A stretch of 63,973 nucleotides of DNA, filler included, from Licmophora abbreviata (Eukaryota), in the NCBI GenBank assembly GCA_900291995.1. It is 17 parts of 17 records of this genome, joined end to end, with 100 filler letters (N's around TTAATTAATTAA, not from the genome) between each part and the next. Parts side by side here need not be neighbours in the genome. Positions count along the whole stretch, not along the records: positions 5,661 to 14,568 come from OLMU01003488.1; positions 14,669 to 18,120 come from OLMU01003489.1; positions 18,221 to 24,472 come from OLMU01003490.1; positions 24,573 to 25,947 come from OLMU01003493.1; 13 more parts are not named here. The stretch is one strand, 5' to 3'. Positions 12,126 to 25,282 of the stretch are shown one piece after another. The notes under the pieces were generated by a model. It did not search any database and was not told the origin of the DNA. It worked only from the letters and a program-made list of their open reading frames with translations. Position 1 is the stretch's first letter; each line of letters begins with the position of its first letter. A program made the position numbers and the translations under genes.

Positions 12126-14299
12126 ATGAAAGGATACGTACTGATGGTGGATTTGCCTCTGTTCGCGTTGCTCGTGCTCGTCACTGTCGTTGGAGTGAGG
12201 GTTTCGTATTTGATCCAGTGGCACGAACGGATCCTCGACAGCATCGCCTTGGAGTTCGTCAAGCAAAGTGCCTTCGTCAACTGCCACAGGCTCATGCTGT
12301 GCACATTCGAAAGACCACCCAAGATGACAAATACCGGATAGCAGGCGCGAAGACGTTCCTATTAGCTGGAGAGGATTCATGGGTCGTCACATCGACGCCA
12401 CAATCCGACTACGCTGGATTATTCGCTGATCAGAAAAAATCTCTAGAGCCGCGGCGCCAGCGACAAATTCGACTTCACAAGCGGCAGAAACAATGGTTGA
12501 CCGTCGCCTCGATTACTGTTGCCTCGGGCATGACGTTGTCACGTGCCGCTGCTGCTACGAGTGGGGCGATGGCTGTCTCGCACCTGATCCCCCAGATGTC
12601 GAGCTTGATGAAGGCTGCGACGGCAATTCGTCCCTCTGAAGGGTGGATTCCTGCAATTCTCGGTACAGCAGCACTCTATTTTGTCCTATCCGCGATTCTT
12701 CACAACCGACAGGTCCGAAGCCGACAGTCCATCGACGCCACGTCGGAGTGGGCTCGCTATGCTGAACATCCTGCGGCGCGAGGCCGTGCCGTCACGGCAC
12801 TGTGCTCGAAAGTTCTTCCTCTCTGGCTCATTAGCAAATTGGTCAAGGGGGAGAAGCGAAAAGTACGGCTCCTGAAAACGTCGGGTCGAATCTTTTCGGA
12901 CGGTTTGCTGCGCATGGGACCGCTCTATATCAAGCTGGGACAGATCGTATCGTGTCAAGAAAATTTGCTTCCTTCTGAATGGATCGCTGCCTTGGAAAGC
13001 CTACAAGACCGTGTGCCGGCAAAGTCAGGACAGGATGCGCTGGACCTGGCCTACGCGTCGATTGGATCGCCAGCGCAGTTTGCAGAGCTCTTTTCCTACT
13101 TTGACACGAAACCCTTGGCTGCTGCGAGTCTCGGGCAAGTACATAAGGCAGTGCTGCGGTCAACGAACGAGACGGTGGCCGTCAAGCTCCAGAGACCGTT
13201 CCTTCGAAGTATATACGACCAGGATTTGAAGTTTCTCCTCAAGATTGCTGGGATCATGGACAACTTTGTTGGAAAGCGAGCACAAGTTGGTGGCATCGCC
13301 CAATCGTGGACGGGAATTTTCTCTGATGCGAAAGCAATCCTGTACCGAGAGATCGACTATCGCGACGAGGCTGACAACATGGTTCGCTTTGCAGACGACT
13401 TTGGGCTCGACAAGGGCGGAGAGGCCGTCTCGCCAAGCGCACGAGCCAAAGACAATAGTACTCTTCCGAGTGCAGCTCCATGGCTCCGAACACCGCTTGC
13501 GTACAGAGAGTTATCGTCAGAGAAGTTCCTTGTTATGGAGTATGTTCCTTCTATCAAAATTACAGATACAGCTAAACTTGATGAAGCCAGGATTGGTCCA
13601 GAGGAAAAGATGTTTCTTGCCGATTCGATGGCCCGCGCCTACTTGCGACAGTTTACAGTCAACAAGTTCTTCTCGACAGACCCTCACCCCGGAAATCTCG
13701 GAGTGGAAATGGTGACAGAAACGGGTCAACCGCGTCTAGTCATGTATGACTTTGGACAGGCGTGTAAACTCAAGGAAGACCAAGCTGACGGAATACTCGA
13801 AGTCATCGAGGCAATCGTAGACATGGACGCCGACAAGTGCGTCACGGCGTTTGATCGAATGGGTGTACTCACGGATGATGCGGACATGGACGTCGTCCGA
13901 GCAAAAGTACAAAACAACTTCGACACCGGAAAGGTCAAGGTCAAGCGAAGAGAGCTGAAGAAGGCGGGTCATCAGTTCCGAGAACAACCTGTTGTCTCCA
14001 GGGAGGCACCAGCGACCGCTCCCGAGGACTCGGATGTCATGGCGTTCTTCACGCTTCCAGCGGAATACGCTTTTGTAGCTAGGGCTTTGTCGCAGATGCA
14101 CGGCGTGGGCAAGACTCTCGATCCTGATTTCGATTTCATTTCGAGCGCCGCCCCTCAAATTGTAGAAGTCAAGGGAGTGCGAAAGTATTTCAAGGACGAA
14201 ATGCGTAAACAAGTGGAAGTCCTTGAGAGCAGAGTCACCGACTGGCAGAAGGCAAAGTTGGAAGGACTATCAAAGATGCGCGACTATGTAAAAATATAG
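12126..14299 (+). CDS. ABC1/UbiB atypical kinase (ABC1K), likely plastid; probable short signal-peptide exon
   Basis: GPLYIKLGQ, LQDRVP, PLAAASLGQVH, VAVKLQRP, DPHPGNL and DFG motifs. A hydrophobic exon (12126-12194) joins in frame through a GTGAG..CAG intron (12195-12289). Confidence 0.88.
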
Positions 14300-14400
14300 G
14301 GATTGCAACATACTGTATCATGTCCTAACGGAAGACCATTACAAAGCACGCACGTCTGGCGTGCGTCAACTTCCCTCACTACATGGATACGTTCACTTGT

Positions 14401-14458
14401 TGCCCTTATCTAGGAAGGACTTGCCAACCTGCCCTTATCTAGGAAGGACTTGCCAACC
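14401..14458. repeat. Perfect 29-bp tandem duplication
   Basis: TGCCCTTATCTAGGAAGGACTTGCCAACC occurs at 14401-14429 and again at 14430-14458. Confidence 0.95.
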
Positions 14459-15552
14459 TGCTGCTGCAGGTGTGCGACGGTGGCGGGATCGTGCTCCAGA
14501 ATCAAGCTGTTGGCTCCAATTGTGGACAGCGTATCAAAATACTGACTAAGGAGCAAGATATCCATGACNNNNNNNNNNNNNNNNNNNNNNNNNNNNNNNN
14601 NNNNNNNNNNNNTTAATTAATTAANNNNNNNNNNNNNNNNNNNNNNNNNNNNNNNNNNNNNNNNNNNNATCCTTGGGCGTTGCCCCTTCGACTTGATCGC
14701 TGAACTGACTAACGGACTCTTGAAGTCCATGTACGATCGCTTTGCGCTGCCGAGCGACACCCAGTCCACTCAAGTAGCGCGCTTCGGCCTCTGCCTCGGC
14801 AGCCTTGACTTGCTTCACCTTGTCCGCCTCTGCCTTGTGCGACGCGGCTTCCTTGAGACGACGGCTAGCATTGATTTCGTTCATGCTCGCCTTGACACGA
14901 GAGTCCGGTGCAAGATCTGTGACAAGCGTCGCGAGAATCTCGTAGCCGTAATCCTGCATCACATCCTTGAGCTGAGCAAGTGTCGCGTCAGCAATATCCT
15001 ATATCCGACAAGAAAGTTAGACGAATGAGTAAACGAGCTGAAAATGGCTTAGGAAGTATCAGAGACGAGCGCGTCGGCCATCGAGGTACTGACCTGCTTG
15101 GACGCGAAGGCTTGATCTAGCTCCAATTTTGGGACCGTAGATCGAACGACATCGAATACATACGATTGGATCTGACCTCGAGGATCTGAAAGTCGGTAGT
15201 AGGCATCGTATGCGCTCGCGAGGAGAACTGGGGAGGTAGAGCAGGGCAGGGAGTCGTGCGCGGGTGAGGTTCTTTACATTCCGTTGCCTCCCTGTAAAAC
15301 TAGCTAGAGAAACATACCTCGATACTGAACAGCCACTGCAACCTGTACAAAGACATTATCCCTCGTCTTGGTCTCGCAGATGACGTCCAACTGCTGAATA
15401 CGCAAGGACAGGCGACCCGCGATACAGGCAATAGGGTACATGATGCAGTGAAGGCCGGGATCCAGAAGCGTCTTGAACTGTCCCAGATCTTCGACGATCG
15501 CCACCTCCTGCTGCCGAACGCACTGAAAACAACAACATCCTTGATCACACAT
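14410..15552 (-). CDS. SPFH/band-7 protein, HIR (hypersensitive-induced response) type; multi-exon, crosses gap 14569-14668
   Basis: CETKTRDNVFV, ASMNEINASRR and LSGLGVARQRKAIV motifs. The reading continues across the gap as KD|VMDILLLSQYFDTL. Confidence 0.9.
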
Positions 15553-16332
15553 GGTTGAAAGAACGACCGTTTAGCAGAAAGTGAACCAACTTCGAAACTG
15601 ATCGTCAACACTCGCTGTGCTGGTCGGGGTTCGATGGATTGTGTCTTTTGTGTCATCATCTCTCGTCCGCGGGACTTGAGATTTGTGTAGGTCGCAGTAC
15701 ATTTCCTACGTGGATCCTAGAGATCTTCCATGCGTTCGGAAGTCTTGTCACAGCCAAAGAGAGAAGGAAGACTGTGACTCGGACAGGAATATGTTCACCT
15801 TCGGTACCATTCACACAGCCAAACGTATATAACCCGGAGGAAATAGATCTGAAGCTCCAAGGGCCAAAAATCCATAAATCTCACAGGTCAGATGAATGGC
15901 CCAAGGCCAAAGTTTCTCGAAAGGCGTCTAAGTATTATTGTTGACTCTTGCTAATTGGGCCTCTTTGATATTTCTAAATTGTACAAGTCATTGTATCAAT
16001 GGTCATTTTGATATTTTCCAGCTTCAATGCCGTCGCGGTTTCTCCGTTCATGACATGTCTCACAAGTTTGGCGCCATCGTTCACCCAGGCGGTAAACAGG
16101 TATGATTGTGCCGAGAAACACTCCATGGCTCTCTCTTTATCTCTTCACCATCCCTTTCCATGAGGGAAGACCGTATTGGATGGGCGTGTGAAGTTGCGGA
16201 ACTGAATTCAGTTCACTTTGTGACAATCCTAGCTCTCTTTCTCATCCGCCGTTCTTTTCTTACTCAAATCTTCAGTGAAGAGCTATCGTTGCTTCTTCTT
16301 CGATCTCTGACTCCAGTGTTTATTAACAGTCA

Positions 16333-18554
16333 ATGATGAAATCTCGTCCTGCGTGTATTGCTGTCGGCCTTCTCTCTGTTTTCGTGACGGGAATCCATGG
16401 CGGTAGCGTAAGTCGATGAGCCCGCTTGAAACCGGCGAATGTGTGATGACAATGCATTGACTTGCACTAGACTTACCATTTCCTCTTCTTCTTCACATAG
16501 CTGCGTTCAATCAGTACGCGAGAGCTCTCGCGAGGTGTCACTTGTCATGTCCTTCAGGTGTTTGCTCGAAATGCCAATGGCGAGAATTTCTTGCACGAGT
16601 GTGCTCCAATTGATGAGAATGGGGAGGAGTCAAGTCTGACGTTTCCTATTCCGGAGAAGCTCCTCTCTACCATTGTGCTTCCATTGGATGATGGTCATAT
16701 CTTCGCTCGCATTTCAAATGCTTTCATTGAGTACGAAGACGGCGACGTACCAGATCTGGTTACCACCGATTCGTCTTCGCTTCGCCTCGTTGACCAGCCC
16801 GACGGCTACAGTCGTCGGCTTGCAACCCTCAACCAATCAGGGCCGAAGGAGGTCTTGGTTCTTCGCGTGCAGACTGTTGATGCCAGGAACAGTCTCGGCG
16901 CCTCCATCCTCAGACAGCGCATCTTTGATGGTCCTATTCTTAATGTCAAGCAACTGTACAGCGATTGCTCGCACGGCCAGCTCAACCTTCAAAAAGCTGT
17001 TGGTACTGGAATTTCCGGAGGAGTGGTCGAGGTCTTTGTCGATACGGCTGTTACTGGTGCAAACGTCAACGCAGCCTTTGAAAATAAAATTACTCTCGAG
17101 GCNGAAAAATTGGTGGGCAGGTCGATGAGTTCATTCGACCACGTTATCTACTGTATTCCACCTGGTTCCTCGGGCGCTCTTGGTTATACCGGTCCCTGGA
17201 TTGCCTATGGCTACTACAACAATTGGAAGACAGTATTCAACGACCAGATCTGTGGCTCGCTGACTACGGTGGCTCATGAAATGGGCCATAACTATGGTTT
17301 GGGCCACTCCGGTCAAGATCGACCACCGACAAACCCGACAACAGGTTTTGATTCCTATGGAGACCAGAGTGGTTTGATGGGCTACTCCTATCCGCAAGCC
17401 GGTGGGCCTCAGATGTGCTTCAACGGTGCCAAGCATGTAAGTGAAATGGGACGCGTCGGAGATAGAGTTGTTCGAAATTCATGCGCGCACTCATCCGTTT
17501 CACTTCGACGCTTCCTTCAACAGTGGGATCTTGGATGGTACAGTGACCGCTCCGCTGAAATATACCCCGGAGACGGGCCCTGGACGGGGCGGTTGGACGC
17601 TTTTGCTGACTACTCGAACCCGTGCTAGCAATTTGGTTCTCATCAAGTCTTCAGACGATACGTACGTCCAGTACAACAGACAGAAAGGCATCAATATTGG
17701 GACGAGGGAGGCTCAGAACAAAGTTACCATCACCCAGTTTTTCTTTGATCAGAGAGGGACGAGGGCTTCAAGGAAGCTGGCCGACCTTGATTTGGCTCAA
17801 CCAACATACCAACAATCTAACACTGTCTTTCAACTGTGCTCCCAAGCGACAGACGCCAACTCGGTCGACTATGTGGAACTGAGCATCTACTTGGCTGGAC
17901 AGGCTGCAGCTGCATGTACAAGCTCCACTCCCGCACCGACGCCTAACCCGACACCAAGCCCGACACCCAATCCGACGCGTAGACCGACGCCCAGTCCGAC
18001 ACCAAATCCGACGCGTAGACCGACTCCCAGTCCGACACCCAATCCGACACCCAGTCCGACGCGCAATCCGACACCCAATCCGACGCCCAGTCCGACGCGT
18101 AGACCGACGCCCAGTCCGACNNNNNNNNNNNNNNNNNNNNNNNNNNNNNNNNNNNNNNNNNNNNTTAATTAATTAANNNNNNNNNNNNNNNNNNNNNNNN
18201 NNNNNNNNNNNNNNNNNNNNCAACGGGAATGGAGAGTTTTGCGACGATGACCCGGACGCCAAAGTTTGGATCGCGTCCATCGGTGCAAGCAAGAAATGTG
18301 TCTGGCTCAAGAACCGAGAGCATGAGATCCCCGCGGCCTGTTCCGATTCCAACTCCGGCGCCCAGACTTATTGTCGTGAGACGTGCCGTGTGTGCACTGA
18401 TGATTGCGTCGATACCAACGCGGCATTCCTGGTCGACAACAAGCCCTACAAGTGTGACTGGCTTGAGCTCCGGCCGACTGAGATTGCTAAGCTTTGCAAA
18501 CCGGACCTCCCAGCGTGGGATGTCTGTCCCGAGACTTGCAATGCCTGTGACTAG
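16333..18554 (+). CDS. Secreted peptidase M11 (gametolysin-like) metalloprotease with Pro/Thr stalk and Cys-rich C-terminal repeats; frameshift near 17620, crosses gap
   Basis: Signal-peptide exon [17 protein letters not shown].., [12 protein letters not shown] zinc motif, and YGDQSGLMG Met-turn. Introns at about 16408-16500 and 17437-17523. PTPxPT repeats follow, and after the gap two C..W..C..CxxxC repeats end in CPETCNACD*. Confidence 0.82.
17929..18120 (+). repeat. 12-bp-unit tandem repeats encoding a [12 protein letters not shown] mucin-like stalk
   Basis: Repeated ccgacNcccaNN units run into the gap. Confidence 0.9.
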
Positions 18555-19836
18555 ACATCACTGAGGAACACTTACTTTGTTGTATCGCATGAGTTCATAT
18601 CCTATTTTTTAGCCTTCACATAAATTAAAAGTGCATCCGTTTAACATCAATTGGACTTTCACGCTCACTGAGTTATTTCTGTCAGTGCATTGACGCATGC
18701 ACCGAAGATGGCCTTGTTAGGACACCCCGGTGACGAGATGGACTCATAGTCAATCCGTGAATACAGACGCCACCTCTACTGATGACTCTCATAACGTCAT
18801 GACAGAATATCAGAATGACTTCCAAAACTGGTGCCACAAAACTGATGGCGCACCGGTCACGATTCGATTCATCGACGAGAGTCGCAACACACGACACAGA
18901 ATACACGATACGACCAAAGTATTCCTCTTTTTCCTTACGAACGACACTATAGCCAATGGATTCGTCCCATCGCCAAACTTTTGACGCGACGATGTTCCTC
19001 GTGTCGTCGTCGTCGTCTTCCGCCAATGCTTCTGTACTATCGGCAAGGACTCCAAAGGCCAACTGTTGCGAACTTTCCCCAGCTCCCAGCTGCCATACAT
19101 GGAAGACTTCGCACGACTGCACCGTATCATCTGCCCACGAGATTGCAAGAACGCTACTGAGCGACCAAGAAAGTTGGTACAAAGTGAAGCGAGCCATAAG
19201 GTCCCACAACGCACGATCCAGTATGAGTTTGAAACACTGTATAAATGAAATTTTGAGGGATTGCGTGGAGGAGACTACTAGTGATTGATTAGTGAAAGAC
19301 GAGGACGCAAATGATGGAACTTACAAACCTAGAGCTAGCTATTGCTAGCGAGTACTCTAGCTAGTCGAACGTAGAGGGCGTCACCGGTGTCTTCGTGTGA
19401 GGCCCTTGCTCTGTCATTCCGTCGAAGAAAATGCTGCAAGAACGCTTTAAATTTCTTAGCTAAACATATGAAAGCTCCAGAAGTCGTACCGGTAGATGTA
19501 GATTCAAGATACTAGTATGATACGGCACCTGCAACTCGGGAGGAACGTCATGCATCATTGTCGTCATACGACTTGCGACCACGTGTGGAGCTCGTGAGGC
19601 TGACGTACTCCGTAGACCCAAGATGTAAAGCCCACACACAGCTGGTATTTATCGTCAGAAATAGCTCTTGCGTGAACTCCAGCCATCCATTTTGCGCGCC
19701 CGAATCGAATTTCCTTCGCCGCGGTCACACACACCACATGAGAACACGAGAAAAGTTCTTCGCCTTTGTACGCATCGGTTCATTGTGCACCTATCCAGCC
19801 ATCTTACACTGCCTCTGAGACTATCTACTAGCTACC

Positions 19837-22245
19837 ATGTCTCGTTGGAATGAAAAACGCGCCAAGGAGGCTGAGTTTCAGATGAATAAGGCTCTCGACT
19901 CGGGCTACGATAGCATCAATGCCGAAGCAACCATGGCCCGCGACGTACGAGGCGCAGCCATGGGGGACGGCGACGAGGAGCTCTTTGAAAAGAAACTGAC
20001 CAAAGAGGAGAAGAAGGCACTGGCCAAGGCCAAGCGTGAAGCCAAGAAGAAGGTACGAAGTCGAATGTTATTTTTGAAGATGCGAATGTCAGATTCGATT
20101 TCGATTCCTTTGGAAGGGTCATTGGCGTCGCGCCTTTAACTCACAAACTAGGGGCAAAGAGAGATAAGATGTACGCAAAGATTCTAACCATTCTCTGGAA
20201 CCGCGCTTCTCTGTTTGTCTTCTACAGGCGAAGGGCGGAAACAAAGCGAAAGAACCGACGGGCGAGGAAGAGAAGAAGTCTGAGGACATGGCGACATTGA
20301 TGGAGGAAACCGCAGGTCTCACTCTCAAGGAGCGAAAGCGACAAGCCTTGTTGGATGACTTGAACAAGGAAGATATTGTAGTGACCTATGAGTCAAAGAA
20401 AGGAGCGCTTCACGCCAACACGCGTGATATCAACGTCTCGGGTGTCACGGTCAGCTTTCACGGTCGGCCGCTGGTGGAAGACACCGAACTGGTCATCAAC
20501 TATGGCAACAGATACGGCTTCCTCGGACCCAATGGAAGTGGCAAGTCGACGGTCATGAAGGCCATTGCCGCTCGTGCAATTCCGATCCCCGATGCGATTG
20601 ACATTTACTTCCTCGACCGCGAGTACGAAGCGACGGAAAAGACGGCGCTGGAGGCTGTCTTCGAGGTCCAGGACGAAGTCCAGGAACTTGAGCAGCAGGC
20701 AGAAAGGCTCAACAACGCGATTGGCGATACCGGTGACGACGAGGAGAAACAGAATGAAATTCAGCACAACTTGGAGATGGTATACGAGAAGCTTGATGCT
20801 CTGGATGTCGAGACTGCTGAAGCACGCGCTGCCGAGATTCTCTTTGGCTTGGGCTTTACGCCCAAGATGCAGAAAATGAGAACTCGGGAGTTCAGTGGAG
20901 GGTGGAGAATGCGCATTGCATTGGCACGTGCTCTTTTTCTGCGCCCTGAATTCCTTTTGCTTGACGAGCCTACCAATCACTTGGTAAGTCGCATCAGTCC
21001 CTCGTATCCATCTGACCGACTATTGCTGATCTAACCTTATTGTTGCACCTGATTTTGATGTCTCTCTAGGATATGGAGGCTGTTTTGTGGTTGGAGCAGT
21101 TCCTCAGCAGTTGGGACAAGATCTTATTCTTCGTTTGTCACTCTCAAGACTTTATGAACAACGTCTGCACCAACATTGTACGCCTCGATCCGACGTATCG
21201 CAAGCTCCGCTACTACGGTGGCAACTATGACACGTACGTACAGACCCGTCGCGACCAAGACATGGTTCAGATGCGCCAGTTCGAAGCCGAGCAGCGTGAT
21301 ATCGCGGAGATCAAGGACTTTATTGCACGTTTCGGTCACGGTACAGTCAAAATGGTACGACAGGCGCAGGCCCGTGAGAAGCTACTCCAGAAGAAGTTGG
21401 AAGCGGGACTTACAGAGAAACCGGAAGAGGTGAAAATGTGGGATTGGACGTTCCCCGATGCAGGTGATCTCCCGGTTCCTGTACTTGCCATCGAGAGCGT
21501 AAGCTTCAGGTATCCGACGGGCGAAAACCTTTATGAGAATGTTGATTTTGGTATCGACTTGCAAACCCGGGTTTGTCTCGTCGGACCAAATGGAGCTGGA
21601 AAAAGTAAGTGTCTGTCGAAGTGCACGTGCGCAGCATCCCTTGCAACTGTATCTTCACTATCTAACGGCGACTTTCTCAATGCGTTTACTATAGCGACGC
21701 TCTTCAAGCTCATTTGTTCCGATCTGATTCCTACAAAGGGGCAGATCAAGCGCAACTCGCATTTGAAAATATCCCGATTCACACAGCACTTTGAGGAGAA
21801 ACTTGATCTCAGCATGACGCCGTTGGACTATTTCAAACAGAAGCTGATGCCGAAGGAACCGATCGAGAAGATCCGTGGTCTGCTCGGCCGGTACGGCTGT
21901 ACGGGTGCCATGCAAAGTCAGATCATGGACCAGCTCAGTGCTGGGCAGAAAGCTCGTATTGTTTTTGCCATTATCGCGTGGGAGAAGCCACATTTGCTGC
22001 TCCTCGACGAACCGACGAATCCTCTTGATATGGAGTCAATTGACGCCCTTGCGAGATGTCTGAACAACTTCAAGGGCGGGGTCGTGGTAATCTCGCACGA
22101 CATGCGCTTGATTAGCCAGGTCGCCGAGGAAATCTACGTATGCGACCAGAAGCAGATCACGAAATACCGTGGTGATATTATGGACTTCAAGATGCACACA
22201 AAGAAGGAAAACAACCGTCGCTTGGCGCAGCACATGAATGGTTAG
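19837..22245 (+). CDS. ABCF2: ABC-F family ATPase (ABCF2-like), 4 exons
   Basis: Two NBDs (GPNGSGKS, FSGGWRMR, LLDEPTNHL; GPNGAGK, LSAGQKAR, LLDEPTN) and no TM segments. Introns at about 20052-20228, 20984-21070 and 21605-21694. Confidence 0.92.
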
Positions 22246-22619
22246 GTAAGCAGTAGATTTAGTTAGAGCAAGTATCTGTAGCAACAACCTCCTGGACACA
22301 GAATAGGATAGGGGCTCGCAAGCGGCCTTTGAAGGATTCCTTTTACAGTAGTGGATACAAACGTTGATACGTTGCCTACTTTTATCTCTATCATCACTGA
22401 TCGCAGGACCGTCAATGAAGATAGCGTGGAGCGGCCCATTACCCATCGATGTATTTTTATGCTGCAGCCACGCGCTGTGCGCCCCCCTCACATTGCAGTC
22501 ACACAACTGTGTGATGCGTTCTCACATCGGCTTTGTGGGTTCTCAGCTAGCAAGCAGGGTGCCCTTCGTTGCTCTGTTTCATTCCTATACATTCTATTGA
22601 CTTCCCGGAGACATAAAGC

Positions 22620-23126
22620 ATGACTTCAGGAAAACAGCTGAAGGTCGAGTTTGGCGCCATTACAGCGGACAACGTCGAGCAGCTACGAAAAGTGAACAGC
22701 GCATGCTTTCCCGTATCATACGGTGACAAGTTTTACCAAGAAGTCGTCCAACGAAAGGACGAGAATCTCAACAAGTTCGCGTATTGGAATGGATTCGTGG
22801 TGGGTGCCGTCTGTACTCGAGTTGAACCTGTTGCAGAGTCGGAGATGCATCGTCTGTACATTATGACCCTAGGGGTGTTGGCTGCGTACAGGGGACGAGA
22901 AATCGGAACGCAGCTGATTCGTTCCGTTCTCGACCACTACGAGCAGAACAAGGATGGAGAGCTGTCAACGGTGGTCGAAATTGTGCTTCATGTTCAGATC
23001 TCGAACGACGACGCGATTCGATTCTACACGGAACGCTTTGGGTTTGTAAAGGGGGAACTTGTCGAGAACTACTATCGACGAATTGACCCACCGCATTGCT
23101 ATATTCTATCCAAGAAATTACGGTAA
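22620..23126 (+). CDS. NAA50: N-alpha-acetyltransferase 50 (NatE catalytic subunit)
   Basis: FPVSY, LYIMTLGVLAAYRGREIG, LHVQISNDDAIRFY and NYYRRIDPP motifs. Confidence 0.9.
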   Translation: MTSGKQLKVEFGAITADNVEQLRKVNSACFPVSYGDKFYQEVVQRKDENLNKFAYWNGFVVGAVCTRVEPVAESEMHRLYIMTLGVLAAYRGREIGTQLIRSVLDHYEQNKDGELSTVVEIVLHVQISNDDAIRFYTERFGFVKGELVENYYRRIDPPHCYILSKKLR

Positions 23127-23148
23127 CTGGAATTATAAGATGCATCCT

Positions 23149-24360
23149 CTAGTCACGTCGTGATGTTTTCGTCTCTTGATCGTCGTCGCCGACTGTACTC
23201 AAGAAGACTTGCTCCATCCGCGCTGCAAGGTTTGGTACAAGTTTCCTTTGAACGCAAGCGACATTCGACCAATATCGACCTGCGTAATGATCCAGCCAGC
23301 ACGACGTTATCCTCCATAGTTTTTCTCTACCTGCCCAGTAACACGTGAAGTCTTTTCTATCGAGATAGTCCACCGCATCCGCAAGTTTCTGCTTGGCCCA
23401 GTGACCGCTCCAGTTGTACTCGAACTCAAGATACTCCACTCTAGCAAGCGTTTCGGGCCCACCGAGTAGTACATCGAAATCGAAACCCTCCACGTCAATA
23501 AGAAGCACGTTGATTCGTCGTCCTCCATGATCGGCGCCACTAAGATGCCGCTTGGCGTACTCATCCAACGTCAAGAGGTCCACATCATCATAGTTGTCGA
23601 CGCCTCGAACCCTGTTGTTCTCCAGCCCCCTATTTTCCGTCCCAATTTTGATATCCTGGAACCCTCGATTGTGCACAGGCACAGAGGGAAACTGGACACT
23701 TCCAATCTCATTTGCCATGGCCGCTTGGACCAGCCGGAAGCCCTTCGAGTCATATCCCGTCGCGTTGGCAGCACCCCTCAGCGCTTGTACGGTCAACGGC
23801 ATTGGCTCGATACAGTGAACTTCACCCTGTATTGCGCTGGCAGCAGCATTCGAAATGGGTACATCCGACTCAGACTCTTGGTCGCAAACACCCGGTTGTA
23901 AGTTTGCGCCGAGTTGAGCCCTCCAAGTCTCTTTCCGAATCTCGGTTTGGCGTGTTCCCATTCGCAAGAGATTGAGAGCGTCAAAGCCTTTGTTACACCC
24001 GACGTTGATGGCAGTAAAGTAATCCCTCCGAAAGGTCGTCGTCATCGTTGTATCGTAGTAGTAGTCCTTCAGCCAAGTGGACTCGGGACATTTGGTTTCC
24101 TGCGTGATGCTACACCCTTGCTCCCAGGGTGACTTGAAACAGTATTTGCTGGGAGGCAGCTGCCGACGTACCGCTTCTAACTGAGCATCAGTACAGTTCG
24201 TTGGAGGATGGCGAAGAGGAGGAGGAAAGAGGGTCTCCTGGTATTCTTCTGCGGATGAGTCTGAGGCATCCGAAAGACGCGCGAGGAATGCCCGATCGGA
24301 GTAGAAGGATACGAGGGCGACGCCCGTCATTGCAAGTCCCATTACACTATTCCGACGCAT
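23149..24360 (-). CDS. FkbM-family (Methyltransf_21) methyltransferase, type II membrane
   Basis: N-terminal anchor, INVGCNKG, HCIEP, LTLDEY, LLIDVEGFDFDVL and YLEFEY. Confidence 0.8.
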   Translation of the reverse strand: MRRNSVMGLAMTGVALVSFYSDRAFLARLSDASDSSAEEYQETLFPPPLRHPPTNCTDAQLEAVRRQLPPSKYCFKSPWEQGCSITQETKCPESTWLKDYYYDTTMTTTFRRDYFTAINVGCNKGFDALNLLRMGTRQTEIRKETWRAQLGANLQPGVCDQESESDVPISNAAASAIQGEVHCIEPMPLTVQALRGAANATGYDSKGFRLVQAAMANEIGSVQFPSVPVHNRGFQDIKIGTENRGLENNRVRGVDNYDDVDLLTLDEYAKRHLSGADHGGRRINVLLIDVEGFDFDVLLGGPETLARVEYLEFEYNWSGHWAKQKLADAVDYLDRKDFTCYWAGREKLWRITSCWLDHYAGRYWSNVACVQRKLVPNLAARMEQVFLSTVGDDDQETKTSRRD

Positions 24361-24572
24361 TTCCGACGACTTTGCTTATGATAGACAATGAGTCTACAGA
24401 TCTTCTGTCCTCCACCTTGGATCATTGTTATCGCGAAGAGGCTTTGTTGAATGCCTGTGTGTGATGTTGATGNNNNNNNNNNNNNNNNNNNNNNNNNNNN
24501 NNNNNNNNNNNNNNNNTTAATTAATTAANNNNNNNNNNNNNNNNNNNNNNNNNNNNNNNNNNNNNNNNNNNN

Positions 24573-24787
24573 GGAAGCAACGCAACAGCATGGCGACCAC
24601 GTTCCGAATGGGTGGACCTAGCGGCGGTCGAAGATCGATGGCGCAGCTGCTGCTGTCGCTTGGGTCCGCCGAGGCGAAGCGCTGACGATGCCGTGGACAG
24701 TGCCGGTGACATGAGGATGCTGGTACTAGCGGCAGCACGAGAAGAAAGCAACACAGCCAGACGAGACGAAGGCTGTCCTAGTAGCAT
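24573..24787 (-). CDS. 5' fragment of an unidentified gene (mitochondrial-presequence-like), truncated by gap
   Basis: ATG 24787 begins an Arg/Ser/Ala-rich, acid-poor frame that stays open into the gap. Confidence 0.35.
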
Positions 24788-25282
24788 GAGGAACAGCAAG
24801 ACAAGGACAGTGTAACAGACAGAGTGTGTGTGTTTGTGTTGTCTTGGCGAATTCTTTCTTTCCAGAACTTCCCGCGCTTCCGGCGAGATTGTGCGGAAGA
24901 CCATGTTGAATGTCGTCGTCATCCTTGCGAGGCCAACAGCTGGTGCGATGCTTGCGTGCACGAGCGACGACGTGGCCGGCGCGCGAGGTCGATTTTGGGA
25001 GAGATCATCACAGGGGACCCGGAGTAATAACGGATGACTGGATCTTTGTCTGGCCCTCCATCAGGTTTCATAGAACATTCTCGTGGCATCACGAACTCTC
25101 CCGCAACAAACACACACACACACAGTGATGATGATGATGACGATGATGCCGTACGATGGTTGTTGAAACGGCTCTTCTGTCTGATGCATCGTGACTGTTT
25201 CACAACTTCTTGTTCTTCAACGCCCTTTCCAAGTTCCAATCAATCGCCTTGTCTCGAAACGAAGAATAAACGAACGAATACC

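Noticed and set aside
12190..12290. Apparent frameshift between the signal peptide and the ABC1 kinase ORF
   Set aside because: A 95-nt GTGAG..CAG intron (12195-12289) joins the frames. A 1-nt deletion giving VEG-FV cannot be fully excluded.
18682..19420. Overlapping minus-strand ORFs with a possible intron
   Set aside because: No recognisable motif and stops in the upstream frames; a gene model cannot be supported.
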